64,000 nucleotides of DNA from Myxococcota bacterium (GTDB taxonomy: Bacteria > Myxococcota_A > UBA9160 > UBA6930): contig JANQOX010000026.1 of assembly GCA_028285625.1 (NCBI GenBank), positions 17,825 through 81,824 of the forward strand, read 5' to 3'. Below, piece by piece: positions 58,207-64,000 of this stretch (positions are counted from its first letter, which is position 1; every line of letters starts with the position of its first letter). The notes below the pieces were generated by a model that did no database searches, was not told where the DNA came from, and saw only the letters and a program-made list of their open reading frames with translations. A program made the position numbers and the translations under genes.

Positions 58207-58731
58207 ATGCGCACACTCGCCCTCGCTGCAGTCCTGTTCCTGGCCGCACCCGCTCTCGGCGCCGGACCCGAAGTCGGCGAAGCCGCGCCGGAGTTCTCCC
58301 TGCCGGGCTCGGACGGGCGCGCCCATGCGCTGTCGGACCACACCGGCAAGCGCGGCGTGGTGCTCGCCTGGTTCCCGAAGGCGTTCACCCCCGGCTGAAC
58401 GGCCGAGCTCCAGGCGCTGCGTGACAGCGCCGAAGCCCTCGCCGCCTACGACGTGGCCGTGTACATGGTGAGCCTCGACGACCCGGACAAGAACCGCGCC
58501 TTTGCCGAGTCGCTGGATGCCCGGCACGTGGTGCTCTCCGACCCGGAGGGCGACGTGGCCCGCGCATACGGTGTGACGCGCCTCGGCGGTCTGTATGCGC
58601 GACGCGTCACGTTCTACGTGGACGCAGAGGGCACGGTCCGCGCCGTCGACGAGGACGTCCGCCCGGAGAGCGCGGGAAGCGACATGGCTCGCAAGCTCGG
58701 CGAGCTGGGATTCCCCAAGAAGGCGCCGTAG
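58207..58731 (+). CDS. Exported peroxiredoxin (BCP/AhpC-TSA family), probable selenoprotein (TGA 58396-58398)
   Basis: Signal-like MRTLALAAVLFLAAPALG; GEAAPEFSL..WFPKAFTPG-TGA-TAELQALRD..VSLD..LSDP..RVTFYVD in one frame; alternative GTG start 58189. Confidence 0.85.
58400..58444 (+). promoter_or_regulatory. Candidate bacterial SECIS hairpin
   Basis: Perfect GGCGCUG/CAGCGCC stem (58413-58431) with CGUGA loop; lower pairings CGG/CCG and CGAG/CUCG. Confidence 0.7.
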
Positions 58732-58736
58732 CGACC

Positions 58737-58767
58737 CGCCGCTTCGGGTGCGGGGCACCCGGCGGCG
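58737..58767. terminator. GC-rich stem-loop between convergent genes
   Basis: CGCCGC-TT-CGGGTGC-GGG-GCACCCG-GCGGCG; no U tract. Confidence 0.4.
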
Positions 58768-58773
58768 ACTCGC

Positions 58774-59745
58774 TCAGGTGCCGGCGAGGCGGGCCACGAC
58801 CGGCGCGAACGGTTCGAGCGACGTGTCGGGCACCGTCACGTAGCTGATGCCCAGGCTCTCGCGACGCGCGCGCAGCAGGTCACACACCTCGTCCACTTCG
58901 CCGAACAACCCATGCGGGTGCGCGAGCATCGCCTCCTTGTCGAGCCCCAGTGCCCGGCCCATGCCTTCGGCCGCGGCCTCGGCACCCGACCCCATGAACG
59001 TGAAGTAGGCGCCGATCTCGAGTTCGGGGTCGCGATCGCCCGCGGCTTCGCGCACCCAGGCGACCTTTCGTGCGGTGCGCTCGGCCGTCGACCCGCCCAC
59101 GCCGTCCGCACCGAGTACGCCCGAGCGGTTGTTGAAGTTCAGGCTCACCACGTCGCCCTCGCGGGCCGCCAGCTCGAGCACCCGGCGCGAGCCACCGCCG
59201 ATCATGATCGGAGGGTGCGGGCGCTGCACGGGCGCCGGCACGGGCTCGAAGTCGCGCGCGCGGATGTGCGACCCCTCGAAGGCCATGGGCATTCCGGCGA
59301 ACCAGGCCTTGAGAAAGGCCACGGTCTCGGCGAGCCGGTCGATGCGGGTCGTCGCCTCGTCGAAGGCGATGCCGAGCGCCACGTACTCGGCGCGGAGCCA
59401 GCCGGCCCCCACCCCGAGCTCGAGGCGGCCATCGCTCAGCAGGTCGAGGGTCGCGGCCTCCTTGGCCAGGACTGCGGGGTGCCGGTAGTCCTGGCAGAAC
59501 ACGCGACAGCCCACACGCAGGGTCTCGGTCGCCTCGGCAGCCATCGCCATGGCCGGCACGGCGGCCAGCTCCTGCACCGGGTGGTTGGTGGGATCGAGGG
59601 CCGGACCGGCCCCGATCACGTGGTCGGCGAGATGCAGCGCGGAATAGCCCAGGCCCTCCGCCCGCTTGGCGCGCTCGCGCCAGGCGTCCGCCGAGGGTGC
59701 CGAGAACGATTGGACGGCGAAGCGGAAGGGACGCGATTCGGGCAT
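58774..59745 (-). CDS. LLM-class oxidoreductase, probably F420-dependent
   Basis: RPFRFAV, AE.LGYS....DH, HPAVLAKEAATLDLLSDGRLELGVGAGW, PPIMIGG. Confidence 0.85.
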   Translation of the reverse strand: MPESRPFRFAVQSFSAPSADAWRERAKRAEGLGYSALHLADHVIGAGPALDPTNHPVQELAAVPAMAMAAEATETLRVGCRVFCQDYRHPAVLAKEAATLDLLSDGRLELGVGAGWLRAEYVALGIAFDEATTRIDRLAETVAFLKAWFAGMPMAFEGSHIRARDFEPVPAPVQRPHPPIMIGGGSRRVLELAAREGDVVSLNFNNRSGVLGADGVGGSTAERTARKVAWVREAAGDRDPELEIGAYFTFMGSGAEAAAEGMGRALGLDKEAMLAHPHGLFGEVDEVCDLLRARRESLGISYVTVPDTSLEPFAPVVARLAGT

Positions 59746-59804
59746 GGGCGCTCCTCGGAAGCCGGAGCGGTAGAATACCGGGCCCATGCGCGAGGAGGAC
59801 CTCC

Positions 59805-60248
59805 ATGAGTGATTCGACCGTTGCCGACGAGCTGGCCATCCGCGGCCTCGTGGCCCGCTACTGCCAAGCCATCCAGACCTCCGACCAGGCCGCATGGGCC
59901 GACACCTTCGCCGAAGACGGTGAGTGGACCGTGGTTGGCCGCAAGGCAACGGGTCGGGACGAGGCGCTGGCGCTGTTCCGGGAACTGGTCGGTGACTCCT
60001 GGGTTCGCCAGACCGCCACCGATGGCGTGATCGAGGTCCAGGGAGACGAGGGCAAGGGCCAGTGGCTGGTCCACGAGTTCGTGAAGATGTCGGGCGGCCA
60101 GGTGCTGATGAACCTGGGCATCTACCGCGACGCCTACGTGCGCTGCGCCGACGGAGCCTGGCGCTTCGCGAGTCGCTCGTTCCGCGCGGTCTACATGGGC
60201 CCCCCGGACCTCTCTGGCAATACCCTGCCGCTGCCTGAGGACTACTAG
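59805..60248 (+). CDS. SnoaL/NTF2-like domain protein
   Basis: IRGLVARYC, W..TFAEDG, G.Y.D.YVR..DG.WRF.SR; GAGGAGG RBS. Confidence 0.85.
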   Translation: MSDSTVADELAIRGLVARYCQAIQTSDQAAWADTFAEDGEWTVVGRKATGRDEALALFRELVGDSWVRQTATDGVIEVQGDEGKGQWLVHEFVKMSGGQVLMNLGIYRDAYVRCADGAWRFASRSFRAVYMGPPDLSGNTLPLPEDY

Positions 60249-60403
60249 GCCCGGCCGGAGAACGTCGTCGGCGTCGGCTTGATGGGTTCGCCGGCCACCG
60301 GCTGGGTCGGCCGCGCAAAACCGCCGCTCAAGCCGCCGACTCCCCCACCCGATACGACCCCCCGGGGGCCACCCGGCCCGCGACAGGGGGCGTGCGAAAG
60401 GGG

Positions 60404-62257
60404 ATGTCCTTCCTCCGCCGTCAGTTCGAGTCCGTGAACCGCATCTTCGACCTGGGCATCGACCCGGACGAGGTCGGGGCCGAGGTCCATCGGCGGGTCC
60501 GGCTGGTCTCGATCGCCACCCTGGCCATGTTCCTGGTCGGGTTCCCGGCACTCCTGCAATGGGTGGTGCTCGACGTGCCCGCCATGGTCGTGGGTGTGGC
60601 GGTCACCATCGCCGCCGCGGCCGGCAACCTGGTTCTGCTGCGCAAGACGCGCCAGCCCCGCCTGGCCGGGCACCTGGCCCTCGTCTGCCTGGCCTCCCTC
60701 CTCATCTTTTCGCAGTTCGTGGCCGGCGGCTTCTACGACCCCGACTTCGCGTGGTTCTACCTGCTGCCGCTTGGCGCCGCGGTGGTCGTGGGGCTTCGCG
60801 GCGCCTGGACGTGGACGGCGGTGACCCTGGCGATCACGCTCGCCTTCTGGTCGCTGCCGATGCACGGCGTCGAGTTCGAGTCCGCGGTGCCCGCCGAGCT
60901 GCAGCCGCTTGCGGGACTCTTCAACCGCGTGACCGCGATCCTGGGCGTGGCGATCATCGCCACCAGCTTCGTGTTCACCGAACGGCGCGCCGAGCGCGAG
61001 CTGCAGCTGCGCAACCTCGAGATCGAGCGCGAAGTGGGCTTCGTGCAACTGCTCCGCCATGCGGCCGAGTGTGCGAACCAGTCGACCCACTTCGAGTCGG
61101 CGCTCCACGCGGGGCTGGACCGGATCTGCGAGGTCATGGATTGGCCGGTGGGCCAACTGCAGATGGTGGGCGACGAGGGCGAGCTCATCCCCACGGCCAT
61201 CCACCACATCGAGCGACCGCAGGATTTCGCCGAGCTCGCCGAGGCGTCACACGGCAGGCCTTGGCGCCCGGACGGCCTCTCCGGCCGTGTCGTTCGGCAG
61301 GGGCACGCCGATTCCGCGGACCTGCGCCTGGAGGGATCCCAGCTCTCGGCCATCTGTACGTCGCTCGGGCTGCGCACGGGCTACGCCGTGCCGGTTCCGG
61401 TCCACGGCAAGGTGAAGGCGGTCCTCGGCTTCGCGAGCAGCCGACCGCCCGGCAACGACGGGCTGCTGCTCGAGGTGTTGAGCGACGTCGGCGCCCAGCT
61501 GGGCCTGGTGGCCGAACGCGCCGCCCTGCAAGAGCGGCTGCAGCAGGCCCAGAAGATGGAGGCGGTGGGCCAGCTCGCCGCCGGCATCGCCCACGAGATC
61601 AACAACCCCATGTCCTACGTGCGCAGCAACCTGAACCATCTGCGCGAGCACTGCGGCGCCGTGGGAGAAGCGGTGAAGGAGCGCCCGGAAGAGGTGCCGG
61701 CGCTGCTCGAAGAGTGCCAGGAGCTCTTCGAGGAGTGCCAGCAGGGCGTCGAACGCACCATCGCCATCGTGCGGGACGTCCGCGACTTCTCCCGCGCGGG
61801 CCACAACGAACGCGAGCCGGTGGACCTGGCCGCCGTCGTGGATGGCGCCGTGCGCGTGGCCGCGGCCCACGCCCCCCCCGGTGTGACCGTCGAGCAGGAC
61901 CTGCGCGAGAGCCCGCCGCTTCAGGGCTCGGGCAACCGGCTGCGGCAGGTGATCGTGAACCTCGTGGTGAACGCGATCCACGCCGTGGGCGACACGGGCA
62001 CCGTGCGCGTGACGAGCAAACGTGAAGCCGGCGAGGCGGTGGTGTCGGTCGCCGACGATGGGCCCGGCATCGACGCCGCCACGCGCGAGCGGCTGTTCGA
62101 GCCGTTCTTCACCACCAAGCCCGTGGGCAAGGGTACGGGCCTGGGCCTCTACGTGTCCTACGAAATCGTGCAGAACCACGGCGGCGAGCTCCGCGTGGTC
62201 TCCGAACCGGGCCAGGGCGCCACGTTCGAAATGCGCGTCCCGCTCGAGCCGGCCTAG
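60404..62257 (+). CDS. Membrane sensor histidine kinase (TM bundle, GAF-like, HisKA, HATPase)
   Basis: QKMEAVGQLAAGIAHEINNP, NLVVNA, DDGPGI, FEPFFTTK, GTGLGL. Confidence 0.92.
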   Translation: MSFLRRQFESVNRIFDLGIDPDEVGAEVHRRVRLVSIATLAMFLVGFPALLQWVVLDVPAMVVGVAVTIAAAAGNLVLLRKTRQPRLAGHLALVCLASLLIFSQFVAGGFYDPDFAWFYLLPLGAAVVVGLRGAWTWTAVTLAITLAFWSLPMHGVEFESAVPAELQPLAGLFNRVTAILGVAIIATSFVFTERRAERELQLRNLEIEREVGFVQLLRHAAECANQSTHFESALHAGLDRICEVMDWPVGQLQMVGDEGELIPTAIHHIERPQDFAELAEASHGRPWRPDGLSGRVVRQGHADSADLRLEGSQLSAICTSLGLRTGYAVPVPVHGKVKAVLGFASSRPPGNDGLLLEVLSDVGAQLGLVAERAALQERLQQAQKMEAVGQLAAGIAHEINNPMSYVRSNLNHLREHCGAVGEAVKERPEEVPALLEECQELFEECQQGVERTIAIVRDVRDFSRAGHNEREPVDLAAVVDGAVRVAAAHAPPGVTVEQDLRESPPLQGSGNRLRQVIVNLVVNAIHAVGDTGTVRVTSKREAGEAVVSVADDGPGIDAATRERLFEPFFTTKPVGKGTGLGLYVSYEIVQNHGGELRVVSEPGQGATFEMRVPLEPA

Positions 62258-63996
62258 CCGTCGGCGCGCGGCGATCCGTGGCTTCGCCACGCCCGCCGGC
62301 CTCGCAGCGCCCAGACACCGATCGGCACCAGCGCCTCGATGCCCAACAGCCCGCACTTCTCGCGCTCGTTCACCCAGATGTAGCCGCCGGCGGGCGCGTC
62401 GGATCGGACCACGGTGGTCCCCGTGGCCGGAAAGAACACCTCGACGCGGTCGACTGCCGACACGCCCGGCGGAAGGCCGAAGTGGGCCTCGATCTCACTC
62501 TGGCCGAGAAAGTGGGAGCCCACGCCGATCTCGCGCACCTGGGGCACGGACGTCTCGGTCACGAACACCGACACACGCGCCCCGTACCCGTCCCGGTTGG
62601 TGCCGCCGTTGCCCCGCACGTGCACACGCAGATGACGGGTCGGGTCGGGGGGCAGATCGTTGCGGTACAGGCGCGGCCCGCCGGCGTTGTTCACGACGAA
62701 GAGATCGAGGTCACCGTCGCGATCGTAGTCGAAGACCAGCAGGCCCTTGCCCGACGCCGTGTCCCCCACGCCGGAGGTCGCCGAGACCTCGGTCATGCGG
62801 CCGGTCCCGTCGTTCTCCCACAGGCGCATGGGGTCGGTGACGTAGCGATCCTCCCAGGGAACCCCCGGGAAGTCGACCCCGTTGGTCATCACCAGATCGA
62901 GGTCGGTGTCGTTGTCCATGTCGAAGAAGGCCGCACCCCAGCCCCAGCCGCCGTCGCGCACGCCGGCGAAGTCGGTGGCGTCGGTGAAGACGCGCCCTCC
63001 GTCGTTTCGGAAGAGCCGGTTGCCCGAGGGGCCCCATCCACACTGCTCGATGGAGCAGGTGTCGAAGGGGTCGAAGATCGAGGTGACGAACCAGTCGAGA
63101 TCGCCGTCGCCGTCGAAGTCTCCAAAGGTCGACCCCATGCCGTTCTCATCGGTCCCCACGCCCGCGGCGATCGTGCCGTCCGTGAACCCGCCCGCGCCGT
63201 CGTTCCAGAAGAGCCGGCTGCTGCCGAAGTCGGCGGCGATCGCGAGGTCCTGGTGGCCATCGTCGTCGAGGTCCACGAAGGCCGGGGCGAAGCCGTCGAC
63301 GTCGGGGTCGTCCACCCCCGCGAGCTCGGTCACGTCTTCGAAGAAGCCGGGTGCCTCGTCGCCGCGGTTGCGCAACAGGCGCGCATGGGCCGAGAACCCC
63401 CACTCGACCACCTTCAGGTCGAGCCAACCGTCGCGATCGAAGTCACCGAAGGCCGCCGAGTAGGTCAAGCGGGCACCGGGCGCCTGCATGGCGGCGCCGC
63501 GCGCGACCGCCTCCTCGGTGAAGTGCCCCTGCCCATCGTTGATGAACAGCAGGTTCTGATCGTTCACCGCATCGCCGCCGACCCCGATCACGGTGACCAG
63601 GAGATCCTGATCGCCATCGTTGTCGATGTCGCCGAAGAGTGCCCCGTTGCCCTGGATGTCGAAGGCCCCAATCCCGGATGCGGCGGAGATGTCCTCGAAC
63701 GTTCCATCGCCCCGGTTGCGCAGCAGCACGCTCGGGCCGTCGAGACGCGTGACCAGCAGGTCGATCCACCGGTCGCCATCGACGTCCGCCACCGCCGCGC
63801 CGCCCGTCATCCGATCGACCTCGCACCCCGGCGTGAGGCAGCTGCTCACCTCCGCGGGCGGCGCGTGCTGGAGATAGTCCACCCCCGCAGCCAGGGTCAC
63901 GTCCGTGAACGTCGTCCCGGACCAGGCGGGGCCCGAGAAGGCCAGGGTCAGCAGGCAGCCCAGCGTGAGCAAGCAACAGCAGCGGTTCCAGCGCAT
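62254..63996 (-). CDS. CRTAC1/ASPIC-UnbV family FG-GAP repeat protein with Cys-containing C-terminal sorting-like tail
   Basis: Signal peptide; repeated D.D.DGD.DL and N.G.G.F.DVT; GARV..HFGL; tail CGLLGIEALVPIGVWALRGRRAWR. Confidence 0.88.
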   Translation of the reverse strand: MRWNRCCCLLTLGCLLTLAFSGPAWSGTTFTDVTLAAGVDYLQHAPPAEVSSCLTPGCEVDRMTGGAAVADVDGDRWIDLLVTRLDGPSVLLRNRGDGTFEDISAASGIGAFDIQGNGALFGDIDNDGDQDLLVTVIGVGGDAVNDQNLLFINDGQGHFTEEAVARGAAMQAPGARLTYSAAFGDFDRDGWLDLKVVEWGFSAHARLLRNRGDEAPGFFEDVTELAGVDDPDVDGFAPAFVDLDDDGHQDLAIAADFGSSRLFWNDGAGGFTDGTIAAGVGTDENGMGSTFGDFDGDGDLDWFVTSIFDPFDTCSIEQCGWGPSGNRLFRNDGGRVFTDATDFAGVRDGGWGWGAAFFDMDNDTDLDLVMTNGVDFPGVPWEDRYVTDPMRLWENDGTGRMTEVSATSGVGDTASGKGLLVFDYDRDGDLDLFVVNNAGGPRLYRNDLPPDPTRHLRVHVRGNGGTNRDGYGARVSVFVTETSVPQVREIGVGSHFLGQSEIEAHFGLPPGVSAVDRVEVFFPATGTTVVRSDAPAGGYIWVNEREKCGLLGIEALVPIGVWALRGRRAWRSHGSPRADG

Positions 63997-64000
63997 CGGT

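Noticed and set aside
46642..58398. Alternative genetic code (TGA = Trp/Gly) as the explanation for the in-frame TGAs
   Set aside because: TGA is a normal stop in many genes here (including ATGA/GTGA overlaps), Trp uses TGG, and both read-through sites align to a catalytic Cys.

Overview
A 64 kb, very GC-rich, densely coding chromosomal segment from a diderm bacterium. Evidence for a diderm: Lnt, lipoprotein signals, PEP-CTERM tails, periplasmic c-type cytochromes. A Myxococcota-like assignment is an inference only. About 45 genes are present, mostly metabolic, membrane and surface functions; I saw no rRNA, tRNA, CRISPR or mobile element. Highlights: (1) two unrelated secreted proteins (29951..34996 and 62254..63996) share a C-terminal CGLLG[LI]E + hydrophobic + poly-Arg tail that looks like a Cys-type sorting signal; (2) the first carries a dockerin-like module and is followed, across a perfect 13-bp hairpin, by a PEP-CTERM-like cohesin-like protein and lnt; (3) a zinc-finger-fused bacterial histone (7136..7654); (4) a eukaryote-type bifunctional PFK-2/FBPase-2 (44400..45671); (5) two peroxiredoxins split in the ORF track by an in-frame TGA at the peroxidatic Cys with SECIS-like hairpins, i.e. 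probable selenoproteins, one apparently exported; (6) a tandem [class III cyclase-STAND]x2-TPR protein with complementary catalytic residues; (7) a pyrC with no usable ATG/GTG/TTG start (probable CTG). All calls come from motif recognition by eye; no searches were run, and several starts were re-called from RBS or overlap evidence.
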